Shown: positions 26,026-37,494, counted from the stretch's first letter. The stretch: 64,000 nt of DNA from Squalus acanthias (GCA_030390025.1 CM059445.1:48236001-48300000); one strand, 5' to 3'. Notes: generated by a model not told the origin, from the sequence alone. Made by a program: numbers and translations.

Positions 26026-26298
26026 GGGCTGGATTTTGATACTGGGGCGGGTTGGGGTCGTGTCATCCGCATTTCGTGTTATCCACCCGACTGCATTTGG
26101 ATGTGGGAGATTGATGCAATTTTCACTTAATTGGGCAATTGAGTTCCAGCATGTGGGAACCCATGAACCAATTAGTGGTTTCAGTCTGAAAGTCGCCTCT
26201 GATGATGTCATCATTGCTGCTGCATTGCAGGTCAGGTCAGAGACTGCCTGGCTTTTACTGTGAGAGGACCTGGATGCAAAATAAGCAACAGCTCTAAG

Positions 26299-26330
<32 letters not shown>

Positions 26331-26788
26331 ATTTTTTTTGCATCCAGGTCCTCTCACAGCAAAGGCCAGGCAGTCTCTGAAGACATTCAATGCAGCAGCA
26401 TCAGAGGCGACTTTCAGACCTAATACTACTACTACCTTCATCACATCTCTGTTGTAATAGTGGACCTGCAGCTAATAGTCAGCTATCCATGCTCCCGCCA
26501 GGTTTCACTGGCGTGTTTCAGATCAGGTGTGCTTCACGTGGGAAAAGGGTTAAACTAGCTAAAATGTTTCAAAATGGCATTACAGAGCCAATTTAGGGCT
26601 TGTTAAGGGCTTTAATGGCCTTTCCCGCCTCTTGGAGGCGGGACGGAGATGGGACCACCGCACACGATTTCATCAAAATTGTGTGGAGGCGGAATGGAGG
26701 CGGGATCGGGTCCGCCCGCCACTTTTCGCAATTTTAACCCCCCACACGCTTCCAAACCCGCCTCCACGGGTCTATGAAAATCCAGCCC
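26026..26788. mobile_element. MITE-like element M3 with a long internal inverted repeat around (GA)n
   Basis: Perfect 12 bp termini GGGCTGGATTTT and AAAATCCAGCCC; internal arms about 26183-26281 and 26335-26419. Confidence 0.75.
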
Positions 26789-27228
26789 TAAGTCTTCAGC
26801 CTGGTGCAGGTGAATGTGGGACAGGTCTGGTTTTTCCCCAGGTCCACGTCAAGCCACATTCTGCAATGAGTGAGCACAGATCTGCTGTTCAATTCTGTAC
26901 TGGGCAGATCTACTGTTTCTACTGATAATTGCTGACCAGTTGTGGGAAATTCAGCGCTTTGTATATTTTCACTCCCCGTTATTAACAGGTGACCAAGATA
27001 TTACTATTTGTAGTTCACTGCTATCATGGATATGAAAGGTTTGACTTTTTCTCTTTCCTACATTACAACAGTGACTACACTTCAAAAGTACTTCATTGGC
27101 TGTAAAGTAAAGCGATTTGGGATGTCCTGAGGTCATGAAAGGAGCTATATAAATGCAAGTCTTTCTGTTTTTCTTTGAATCAAGGGTTACCTTGCCTCTA
27201 AAAAGAACAATGGTCCAGAAATCAGGTA

Positions 27229-27418
27229 AGGGTGAAATTATTCTATTAGCATAAACACGAATGCCTGTTTCTCTGTAATTAATGGACCACTAATGAAATC
27301 ACATTTCCGAAATTGCATTTCAAAGCCCCAAATTTCTATAATTTCATTAGTGGGTCATCAATTACAGACAAAAGCAGACATTCTGTTGTTTTTTTAATTA
27401 AAATAGGGCTTTCACCCC
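27229..27418. repeat. Old imperfect palindrome (foldback or MITE remnant)
   Basis: GGGTGAAA and TTTCACCC ends; CTGTAATTAATGGACCACTAATGAAAT mirrored by ATTTCATTAGTGGGTCATCAATTACAG. Confidence 0.62.
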
Positions 27419-28039
27419 AGTGTCATGTTTGGGAGTATGAAGTGATGGGACAGTTTCAATCCCACCAACTCCTCTGAGCTTCCAATCTCAGTTGTGCTGC
27501 TGTGGGAGGCATGACATGGAAGCCAGGCTGGAAGAGGCCTAACAGAGTGATGTATGCAGAGAATCCATCCTTAATCCATCCTTAAATCTCAGGCAATACT
27601 GAACATTCACACGCATTGAAGCACTGTGATTTGCTCTGAGATGCTGATACAATAAGAGGTGGCTGAAGACAGACCTGCCACACACGGCAAGTCTCTAGCT
27701 AGCACCCTGTTGCTCTGAAAGGTTGGCATTTCTACCCAGTAGGGGGAATTAAAAACAATTTTTTTGTGCATTGTTCATGGGGAGAGTTACTTGAGATTGA
27801 ACGTACTTCCCTCAGCGTATTGTTCTGACGTGATGAATGTCATGCAGCGACATTTAATGGGAAAGACAAACATTGCTGTCTGGAGATCCTGACCCTTGAC
27901 ACAGCATCAAATTTATTTGTAGCACCGAGTGCAGAGGGCATGTCAATCCCACCATGGCTTTATAATAACCAACATTTTAAATACTTACTGCAGCACTGTG
28001 TTGAGTGTGATCAAATCATCATGATCTTTACTGCAAGTA

Positions 28040-28345
28040 TGGTATGGTAGCATAGTGGTTATGTTATTGGACTAGTAATCCAGAGACCTGAAGTTCATAA
28101 TCCCACCCATGGCAGTTGAATTTAAATTCAATTAAATAAATCTGGAATAAAAAGTTAGTTAAAAACTACTGGATTGTTGTAAAAACCCACCTCCTGGTTT
28201 GGCCTCCACACCAATGTGGTTGACTCTTAACTGCCCTCTGAAATGGCCTAGCAAGCCACACAAGGTGTCTCACCTTCTCAAGGGCAATTAGGTATGGGCA
28301 ATAAATGCTGACGATGCCCACATCCCATGAATGAATAAAAAAAGT
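28040..28345 (+). mobile_element. tRNA-derived SINE with a LINE-derived 3' tail (second SINE family)
   Basis: GGTAGCATAGTGGTTA A-box-like head; tail GGGCAATTAGGTATGGGCAATAAATGCTG...CCCACATCCCATGAATGAATAAAAAAA; homologous to 60117-60502. Confidence 0.75.
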
Positions 28346-28393
28346 AGATGCACTGTGCTTGTTGTTGCCTCTGTCTTGCTCTAAGTATGGAAA

Positions 28394-28838
28394 AATGTGA
28401 GAAGTCGCACAACACCAGGTTATAGTCCAACAGCTTTATTTGAAATCACAAGCTTTCGGAGCGCTGCTCCTTCGTCAGGTGACAAAGGAGCAGCGCTCCG
28501 AAAGCTTGTGATTTCAAATAAAGCTGTTGGACTATAACCTGGTGTTGTGCGACTTCTCACATTTGTCCACCCCAGTCCAACACCGGCATCTCCACATCAT
28601 AAGTATGGAAAGTCAGTCTCTATAGTTTATGATGCGGAGATGCCGGTGATTTCAAATAAAGCTGTTGGACTATAACCTGGTGTTGTGCGACTTCTCACAT
28701 TTGTCCACCCCAGTCCAACACCGGCATCTCCACATCATAAGTATGGAAAGTCAGTCTCTATAGTTTATGATGCGGAGATGCCGGTGATTTCAAATAAAGC
28801 TGTTGGACTATAACCTGGTGTTGTGCGACTTCTCACTA
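28394..28838. mobile_element. Penelope-like family B: palindromic insertion plus adjacent second insertion and 138 bp tandem duplication
   Basis: Inverted arms about 28394-28472 and 28485-28564; direct repeat TAAGTATGGAAA at 28382-28393 and 28600-28611; units restart at 28510, 28648 and 28786; direct repeat CTATAGTTTA at 28620-28629 and 28839-28848. Confidence 0.82.
28446..28482 (-). ncRNA. Minimal type I hammerhead ribozyme motif, family B
   Basis: Reverse complement reads TCAC-CTGACGA-A-GGAGC-AGC-GCTCC-GAAAG-CTT-GTGA; helix I TCAC/GTGA, palindromic AAGCTT helix III. Confidence 0.68.
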
Positions 28839-29398
28839 CTATAGTTTAGTACATGAATCACTTGCTTTAACAAAAGTGCACATATCCATATACACCTTAA
28901 AAAAGTGTTATTAAAATGTTAGCACAGAGTTAACTTTCAAAGTCATTGAGAGCCCCACAGACGGTATAACAATCCTTTGAAGAATGTAAATTACTTGGTA
29001 GATTTTGGTTAGATAGAACTTCCTAACACAATATCGGTGATATGATTGCTTTACTTAAGTGACATACGAGGTGATCACAGGACAGGGCCTGTGTTGTGAA
29101 AACAGCACCTCCACTACAGATTACAAATGGGATAACACGCTGCGTTGTACGATAGGAAGGTGCAAAGGTGTTCAAGTGACATTGGCAATGTAAGCACGAA
29201 TAAGCTCTCAGCAAAATCAAATACGCTAAATTGATTAATCCCTTTAAAAAAGAGCCAGATAGATTTCTGGTTAACAATTATATTGAAGGATATATGAATA
29301 AGTATAAGGAAAGAAAGACTTGCATTTATCTGATGTCCTATCATGCCTCTCAAAGCACCTCACATGCAATGAATTATTTTTGAAGGGCAGTGATTTTT

Positions 29399-30939
29399 GA
29401 CCCAGACGTTGCATTGAGAGTAACGGTGAGGCTAACACCGCTCACCATTATTATGGAATACATCGGACAGCAACCTTCGGAGTCCGCACGTGCGCAGTTA
29501 AGCGCGGAAATCTGGAAGTTGCGGTCCGAGTTACCCTGTTCCTCCACAGGCTGCGCTATAACAGAACCTCACCGATAGACTCGGCGCTGTAATCAATGTA
29601 TGAGCGTGAAGTTGGGGTACTTGCCCACTAGATACCCACTAAACATGGCAGAAAAAGATAGGGCTGGTACATTCAGATGTAAGTGAATTTTTAACGGCGT
29701 GATCAATCATAATTACTGCCAAACAACCTCTCTGGCCCTGAAAATTTAATTTTACAAGTGTGAAGTGTCATTCTTTCCGAATTTTTTACGTTTTTTGTCT
29801 GTCTCTTTTATCTCTCTCTCTTAATCCCATATTTCTTTCCCAATCTTTATTTTGCTTTCTGTACATGATTTAAATCTACTTTATAATTCTTGTTTTATAC
29901 TTCCTGGTTTAGACTCTTCGGGCTGGATTTTGTCAATGGGGACGCGATGGAGGCGGGACTCCCACTTTTTGGGTTGTAGTCCCGCCTCCATCGACTTGTG
30001 GCCAACCCACTGTATTTTCCCTTGATTGACCTTGTTAAGCCTGTCCAGCGGGCTTAGCAGGCCAATCAAGGGTCCCTTGGATACAGGTGACGTCAGCCAT
30101 TGAAATTTCATCTGTCAAGAGCTTTTGACAGATGAAATTTCAGCGTTTGACAGCTCTGTGAAGCTGTCAAACACTGACAATATGATTTCTAACGTGAGTC
30201 CCTGTACTTAGACTCAGTTAGAAATCAATCCAGCACAGAAAACAGAGACTGCAGCTTTTGACAGCTCCGCGGCCATTCTGCTTTCTGTGCCGTGGATGTG
30301 AGGGACTCCCGACACCTTAAGGAAGCTAGCCTGCAGGACAAAGTTAAGGTAAGTAAAAGTTCTTAAAACACTTTACACACACCAAACACACTTACCTCTG
30401 CACTCATGCACCCATCACTCACCTGCACACCGGACATCTCGACCCCTCCAAGCCCTCCAGACCGACGGTCCGCCTCGCTAAATCGGACCTGTCGGGATCA
30501 GGGCTAAAAATGGGGATTAGGCAAAAAACTGCCTGTTAACTACCTGTTAACAGGCAGTTTATTGGCACTAATCCCCTTCCCGCCTCGGGGAGGCGGGTCC
30601 CAGCACAGGTCGGGTACCCGCCTCCTGGAAAACTGGCATGGAGGCGGGTTGGGGGCAGGATGGGTTCGGGACCTCCGAATCTGCTATTTTCACACCACTC
30701 CCGCCTCCAAACCTGCCTCCACGGGCCAGTGAAAATTGAGCCCTTCGTGTCTCAGTGAGGATTCTTCAATCTGATTGGTTGAAGAGCCTCACTGTTTCTT
30801 GCACGCCACAGATGCCCACCACGCTGGATCAGAATGACAGCAAGTCTACCCTCAAAAGCCTGCGAAAACCCTGTGGGCTGCAGTCAGCGAGGTGAACGGT
30901 GGGTGCCGTTCCTTCACCGCTGGCTGCAAAATCCGGGCC
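29399..30939. mobile_element. MITE-like element (outer), inserted in an old SINE remnant and containing a nested MITE
   Basis: Termini GACCCAGACGTTGC and GCAAAATCCGGGCC; flanks 29310-29392 and 30941-31005 rejoin as a SINE-like 3' end. Confidence 0.62.
29920..30743. mobile_element. Nested MITE-like element (inner), related to M3
   Basis: Termini GGGCTGGATTTT and AAAATTGAGCCC; TTC on both flanks; right end similar to 26700-26788; several internal palindromes. Confidence 0.78.
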
Positions 30940-31009
30940 ATATGTAGGCAAATATGGCAGCCATTTTGTACAAACAGCAATGAGATGAAAGACCAGCTAA
31001 CCTGTTTCT

Positions 31010-31750
31010 TTTTTATATTTGTTCTTGGGATGTGGGCGCTGTTAACAAGGCTGCAGCCATTGCCCTTCCCTACTTGCCCTGAAAAGGTGGTGGTGGGTCT
31101 TTTCCTTGCAGTCATTGTGGTGATGATGCTACCACAATGCTGCTAGGTAGGGAATTCCAGGATTCTGACTTAGCGATGATGAAGGAAGGTTGATATATGT
31201 CCAAGTGAGCATGGTGTGTGATTCGAAGGGGAACTTGGAGGTGGTGGTGTTCTCACAACATTGCTGTTCTTCTTCTTGGTGATGGAGGCTGCAGGGGAGG
31301 GAGGTACTGTTAAAAATAACCTTGGTGATTTGCTGCAGTGCATCCTATAGATTGTATATACTGTAACCACTGTGTGTCCATAGTGGAGGGGTGGATGTTA
31401 AGTCCAGTGGCAGCACCTTCAATCTAGCAAACTGCTCTGTCCCGAATGGTGTTGAGCTTCTTGTTACAGTTGCCCCCATCCAGGTGAGTGGCAAATATTC
31501 CATCACACTCTCGACTTGAGCATTGTAGATTGTGGCGAGGCTTTGAGGGGTTAGGAGATGAGCCACTCATCGCAGAGTACCATGCCTCTGTCCTGCTCTT
31601 GTAGTCATGGTGTTGATATGGCTGGTCCAGTTCAGCTCAATCAATGGTGACCCCCCCAAGATGTTGATGGTTGGGGTCTTGGGAATGGTGGTGCCATTGA
31701 AGTTCAACGGGAGGTGACTGGGCCTTTTCTTGCTCGAGATGGTCATCACC
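31010..31750 (-). mobile_element. CR1/L2-group LINE 3' fragment, frameshifted ORF2 end
   Basis: Fragments INILG...LNWTSHIN...RAGQR and LATIYNAQVESVMEY; 3' tail shared with 47728-47960. Confidence 0.72.
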
Positions 31751-31977
31751 ATGAAAAAATTATGATGGTGTTGTTTGGGGGAGAAATGTTGGCCACGTTC
31801 TGCTATTCTTTGACAAATGCCATGGTGTCTTTAACATACACCTGAACCACCAGAACATGAGGAAGGGGGAGGTTCTGTTTAATGTTCCATTCATAAGTGG
31901 TACTGCATGGAGTCCAATGGGTTTCTTACTTGGAACATGGTAATCTCATTCAGTGATTGCAATTGGTTAGACTTAAT

Positions 31978-32720
31978 GGGGGAATTTTAACATGAAAAAA
32001 CAGGTGGGTTGGAGGCGGGGGAGGGGGAAGCTAAAGTTTTAAAAACCTAAATCCCGCCTCCAACCCGCCCACTTACAACTTTTACTCAGGCGGGACGGGG
32101 AGGCGGGCTGCCAACCCGCTGCTAAGAGGTGGGTTGGCAATTTACATATTATAATGAGGCCTGAAGCCTCTGCTTTAACCTGCTGTGCAGGTATAACTGC
32201 AGGTCGGCCGGGTTCCCGGGGCTTGGGATTCCCAGTAGCTGCAGCGAGACAAGCACAGCCTCGGGGAGCAATCTTTGTGGGCCGGGAGGAACAGGAGTGC
32301 TTCCTCACGGCAGCCCCCCCCCAAGCTCACCTACCAGCAGCCTGCCTCCGCCCCCCCCCCCATTCCCGGGGGTCGGAGATCGGACCGCCCCCTCCCCCCA
32401 GGGATCGGAACTCATCCCCGGGGTTGGGGATCGAATTAACCCCAGGATCGGGGATCGGACCCCCTTGGGCTAGGAATCCCCCCTCCCCAATCGAAGACCG
32501 CACCTACCTGTTGGTTGAGGCCTCTCCTCCAGCGTTCCCTGCCCGGCTGGAAACCAAGCCTGTCAGTCAGGCTGGCTTATGGGCGGGGAAACTGGCCATG
32601 ATGTCACACTCACGCTGTGGAGTTAGCGTGCGGGGAAACCCAGACTTCGGGTTTCCTGTGCTCCACTGGCCCCCTCCCCCCCTCCACTCTCAGTGGGTCA
32701 GAAGCTTCAAAATCCAGCCC
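31978..32720. mobile_element. MITE-like GC-rich element
   Basis: GGGGGAATTTTAA start and TTCAAAATCCAGCCC end; repeated GGCGGG/CCCGCC subterminal motifs. Confidence 0.62.
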
Positions 32721-32729
32721 AAAGGGGTT

Positions 32730-33261
32730 GGGGTCAATTTAGACTTTTGGGAAACTGCACTTTGGCCTTTTGAGGCCCCAGCCTCATTTAATTTTAGTGG
32801 GTGAGCTGGAGATCGTCCCGGTGCAGCTGGCCGGATTGAGCCTGAAGATCAGGCCGGAGCAACCGCCAACAACGTACGTTGCGGTGGTGGTCACGATCTC
32901 GGAGGTTGGGGGTCCTGGGCTGGCAGCGGCCCAGATTATTTTTGTGGGTCCCAGAGGACCACTCCACGAAAATAATTCGACACTTACCTTTAAAGGGCAT
33001 CTTTGATTCCATTGTCCGTGGCACTAGTTCTGAAAAAAATGGCAATCGGGGTCCTATTTACGTTATAAGACCCAGATTCCATGTTAAAAGGGGCCTATCG
33101 CCTGAAACTGGTGGGCGCTTTGGACACCTTTCGTAGGCCACTTTCAAAATGGAGTCGCAACATCGCCGGTGTTAACGGGGGGTGGCGGTAAGGCTACCGA
33201 CTCCATTTTGAGGCCATTACCGCCCCATTAATGCCGGGTGAAGACAGGAAAAATTGACCCC
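32730..33261. mobile_element. MITE-like element abutting the previous one
   Basis: Perfect 11 bp termini GGGGTCAATTT and AAATTGACCCC. Confidence 0.68.
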
Positions 33262-33593
33262 TTTGTATGTTGTGTTGATAGACTGCTAGACTGAAGTTTT
33301 GATAATACAGTGATTAACAGTTGTATTGAATGGTGGTAAAATGTTGGAGTACTAATCAGGACCTTTGATCCTGTTCATTGTAACACTCAGACTGTCATAT
33401 TAGATCACGTAAATATTTTGTTAGCTCATCTATTTACGTTGATATAAACACGTACTTATGAATTAGTTCTATAATTAGAATGCGACAAACCAATACCAGG
33501 AAGGCCAGCATTGCTTGAGTTGGCATTGTTAAAGGTTCCAGGGATCGAAGGTTACCGGGGAGGGCTCAAAAATTAAACAGGGCGGGATGAGTA

Positions 33594-34690
33594 TTAGTGG
33601 CTCAGTTGGTAGCACCCTCACCTCTGAGTCAGAAGGTTGTGGGTCCGAAGTCCCACTCCAAGACACGAGCACAAAAATCTAGGCTGACACTCCGGTGCAG
33701 TACTAAGGGAGTGCTGCACTGTCGGAGTTCCTATCTTTCGAATGAGACATGTTGATGTAAAAGATTGAGAGGTCGCACAACACCAGGTTATAGTCCAACA
33801 GTTTTATTTGAAATCACAAGCTTTCGGAGCTATCGCTCCTTCCTCAGGTGAAGTAAATTGGATACAGAATCGCCAGAGCATATATAGATGGAAAAAAAAG
33901 CATGTGTACTTTACAATTGCAGACCAATAAATTAAATCATCCTGACTATCTGCCGAGGTGTGATAAAGTTAATTAAGTCAGCCAGGAAGGTACCACATCA
34001 AAAGACATAGCAAGATACAACTGAGACAATGAGGTGTAGTCGCAGGGGTTCCAACGTGTCAAAAGCTGCCGTCTGTATGTAAAACGAAAAGCTTTAAAAA
34101 AAATTTACTTTTTTACTGGGAAAATTTTTACTTTTTTACTGGGAATCACATCTGTGAACAAGCTAACGACGACTCGAGTCCGGATCACGTCATGTATCGT
34201 GACATAAACCCAAGATCCCGATTGAGACCGTCTTCATGAGTGCGGAACTTGGCTATCAGTTTCTGCTCGATGATTTTGCGTTGTCGTGTGTTTCTAAGGT
34301 TGCCTTGGAGAACGCTTACCCGCAGATCCGAGGCTGAATGTCCTTGACTGCTGAAGTGTTCCCCGACTGGGAGGTAACAATCCTGCCTGGCGATTGTTGC
34401 GCGGTGCTCGTTCATACGTTGTCTCAGTGTCTGCATGGTCCCATGGCACTATTTCGAAGAAGAGCAGGGGAGTTATCCCTGGTGTTCTGGCCAATATTTA
34501 TCCCTCAATCAACATCACTAAAACAGATTATCTGGTCATTATCACGTTGCTGCTTGTGGGAGCTTGCTGTGTGCAAATTGGCTGCCGCATTTCCTACATG
34601 ACTACACTTCAAAAAGTACTTCATTGGCTGTAACGTGCTTTGGGACGTCCGGAAGTCGTGAAAGGCGCTATATAAATGCAAGTCTTCCTT
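33594..34690 (+). mobile_element. SacSINE1/DeuSINE-like SINE interrupted by the Penelope-like element
   Basis: TGGCTCAGTTGG A-box-like head at about 33598; body homologous to the 24958 copy; 3' half 34440-34690 ends GCGCTATATAAATGCAAGTC. Confidence 0.8.
33766..34439 (-). mobile_element. 5'-truncated Penelope-like retroelement, family B (C-terminal GIY-YIG endonuclease region, 3' region with hammerhead at 33814-33851)
   Basis: ORF 34185-34436 LRQRMNEHR...VGEHF...EQKLIAKFRT...GLNRDLG matches the typical end of Penelope endonuclease domains; downstream TCAC-CTGAGGA-A-GGAGC-GATA-GCTCC-GAAAGCTT-GTGA; splits a SINE at AAAAGAT|CCCATGG. Confidence 0.85.
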
Positions 34691-34738
34691 TGAAATTGCA
34701 CTTTAACTGGTTGAAATGAACGGCAAGACCAGTTGTCA

Positions 34739-34754
34739 CCGCTAGGTGGCGGCG
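34739..34754 (+). promoter_or_regulatory. CTCF-like core motif
   Basis: CCGCTAGGTGGCGGCG, close to the CTCF consensus. Confidence 0.5.
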
Positions 34755-35862
34755 CTGAGCCTTGAACAGAACCTTCCAACCAGCACAGTGAGACCCACCT
34801 GTTCTAGACACCAGCAGAGTTCTCCCCAGATCAGATCCTATCTCAAACAAGCCCTGCTGTAAAACACAACTCTCTGGATACAACGAGGAGGGGGAAATGT
34901 GATAAGGAGATAAACACCTCCGGGCCCCCTTAAGTTTGAGAAACATAACATTTCGCAATCACACAGTACTTCTCTGAAAGTCGGAGATGGGGGAGCACTG
35001 GTTTGGAGGGGAACATAATGAATATTGGACTCGTTTAAAACTCAGTGTAATGGTTAAGAAATATGCAAAAATAAGTCTTTGCAGCCGTCATTGCATAAAT
35101 ATTGCAAGGAAGAATACGACCCCTGATTTGTTCCCTATTAAGATTAACTGTTAACAGCATGATATATTCAAAGAGGGCAGCGTCCTGATTGATGATAACT
35201 TCAGTGCTGCCCTGATCCCAGCCTGAGTTGTCAGATGTTTATTTTGCTGGCTCGGTCTGTTCTCTGGCGCATCTCTCTTTATATATATATCCCTCTCTCT
35301 CTCTCAATCATCCTTCCGGTCGATGTAATATAAGCATTGTTATATTGTGGACGATGTGAAGGTTATATTGTGGGCTGGGGACAGATAGATACCCTCAGCT
35401 CATTTGAGAAAGCAGCGACTAGTCCACAAGGCCATACTGATGTCAGCCACCCTGACATAAACCCAGGCCCTGCGGGACCTGGGGAGGGGTCGGCTCCGGC
35501 TCTCCGCTTGAAGTGAAGACCTTTGCCCCTGGGATCCCAGGCGGTCAGGGAGATCTCCCGGGCAGCGATTCAGACCAGATGCCGAGCTCACTTGCAGTAC
35601 CCGGGTTTAGAGACAGGACGAGGTCGGCGCTGTTGGCCAGCAAATCGCCAAAAGAAGCGAACAGGTCGGCAGCATTTTTTTTTTAAAAAACCACCCTGAA
35701 CCCCAAACAATAAACAACTCGCTTCAATCATTATCTCGAATGTAAATAAATAATTTCTTTCACTCATTTTTCTAATTGCTTTAGTAAACCGTTGAAGTTG
35801 CGGCTGTATATGGTTTCCCCGCATTCCCACTGGCCAGTTACACAATCAGATCTGCAGGAATC

Positions 35863-35893
<31 letters not shown>

Positions 35894-36909
35894 CCTTTAA
35901 TTACTTTTAACACGAGGAGATTGGTGTAAACATCTGCATTCAGTTAGTGGCACAGGTCTGTCCGATTGGAATAATCTTTGTTTACAGCATACTTTCACTG
36001 CAAGTTTCAAACCGTTTAGAGAATGGTATGTTTGTGTAACAGTAACAAGTGGAGTGTGGAAAAATGTCTACATTGCGGGGCAATTAAGATCTAGTGATTG
36101 CTGCAGGACTCCGAGCGAAATATCATTCTTAAAGGTTATCTCCAGATGTTAGAAAGACCGGGACTCGCTCTGATATTCTTGGAGAGCGTCCCCTTTTTCG
36201 AGGGTCTGGTCGTCAAGTCGAGTGTGTGTGTGTGTGTGTGTGATACAGAGTCTCGGTGTATCTCTGCCCTGGTGCTTCGTTTTCTGAGCAATCGGAATTA
36301 AATTGCCGGGAGATGCAATGATTTAACACACACTCTCTCCCAAACTTGCTTCATTTTACACTGTGGAAAGCGCATTCTGCGTTGCACAGGGCTGAGAATC
36401 CAGGGCGAGAACTAACGCCAGCTGTGACGCTTTATGTCAAACAATCAGCTGTATCTCTTGCGCTCTCCACAAGACACTTGGGGCGATTGTTATCTGTGCT
36501 TTTCCTCCCCCCCCCCCCCCCACAAGATGTCTTGTCCGTGGAATGTGTGTGTGTGTAAGAATGTGGCCCATCAGATTCACTAGTCTAATTCTAGTTTGGA
36601 TATCGACTGCTTTCCATTCAATAAGGACACACAAGCGATGATCACAATTAAAAGGGCAAAGCGCCTTTATTCACAGCATCTGTCCTTCAAACGCGGGCGA
36701 ATGATCTGCGATCCCTGTGTGAGAGCGGCTTGACTTTAATAAAGCACCGAAGGAGACGCGAGCAATATTTCAGCATCCCAGCCCAATCTCAAAGCGATCA
36801 AAACCGATCAATCCCGAAAGCCAATCTGTAATCGATCCCATTGCCAGAATATAGTTAGCAAGCAGCTTGATTCTAAATGCGGCGAAATACTGGAAATGAC
36901 TTGAAGGAG

Positions 36910-37270
36910 TTAACTGGCGGGGCGGGGTGGGGTGGGGTGGAGATGCGCTGGTGCAGCATTCGGTTATTCATCCTGTCAGGTACTTCGTCTTAAAATAACA
37001 GAGCAGGTCCCTGGACCCCGGCCACGGTCAACCCTTCTTCTGGGTGGGATGCAACACGTCTCTATCGTGATAGGATGTGCACTGGTAATATTTGGAGGGG
37101 AGGGGGGCAAACCCGCCTCTAAGTGGCTGAAACACTACATTATATTAAAAAAAACACACACACACACATCCAATAAGCATTTTCCAGGAGGTCCCAGCCC
37201 TGATTTGTACGGCTGTTTACGCATGACAGAATGTATATAAAGCACAGGCTCCCTCCACACTCCAACACAC
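36910..37270 (+). promoter_or_regulatory. ADAMTS15 proximal promoter (TATA box, GC box, forkhead-like site)
   Basis: TATATAAA at 37234-37241; TGTTTAC at 37214-37220; GGGCGGGG near 36919; about 255 bp upstream of the ATG. Confidence 0.6.
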
Positions 37271-37494
37271 AGGTACCAGAGGTAATGGAGCAGCCTGCCA
37301 GCAGCCGAGGATTTTACATTACAGAGCTCACAGATTGCTGAGAGAATATATTTCTGGATTTATTTTAATGAGAAAGGAACTCCCCCCGCTTCCCCCCTCT
37401 TTTTTTTAGATTAAGAATCGGCGTTGGACTTTTTTGTTTTAAAAAAAAGGAATCTCACTTTTTTTGTTTGGAAGAAAATAAGAATAGTCTAACA

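Noticed and set aside
28483-28511. Plus-strand hammerhead in the second arm of the family B palindrome
   Set aside because: Helix II and GAAAGCTT are present, but the CUGANGA box is lost at the inversion junction (GTGACAA).
28510-28838. Repeat array with CRISPR-like appearance
   Set aside because: Units are identical with no unique spacers, there are no cas genes, and the context is vertebrate. Explained as a tandem duplication of Penelope ends.
32154-32804. 216 aa proline-rich ORF
   Set aside because: Lies in a GC-rich MITE, crosses an element boundary and has no transposase motif.
33594-33665. tRNA-like sequence (also at 24958, 28040 and 60117)
   Set aside because: These are SINE heads that continue into SINE bodies; I could not fold an intact cloverleaf.
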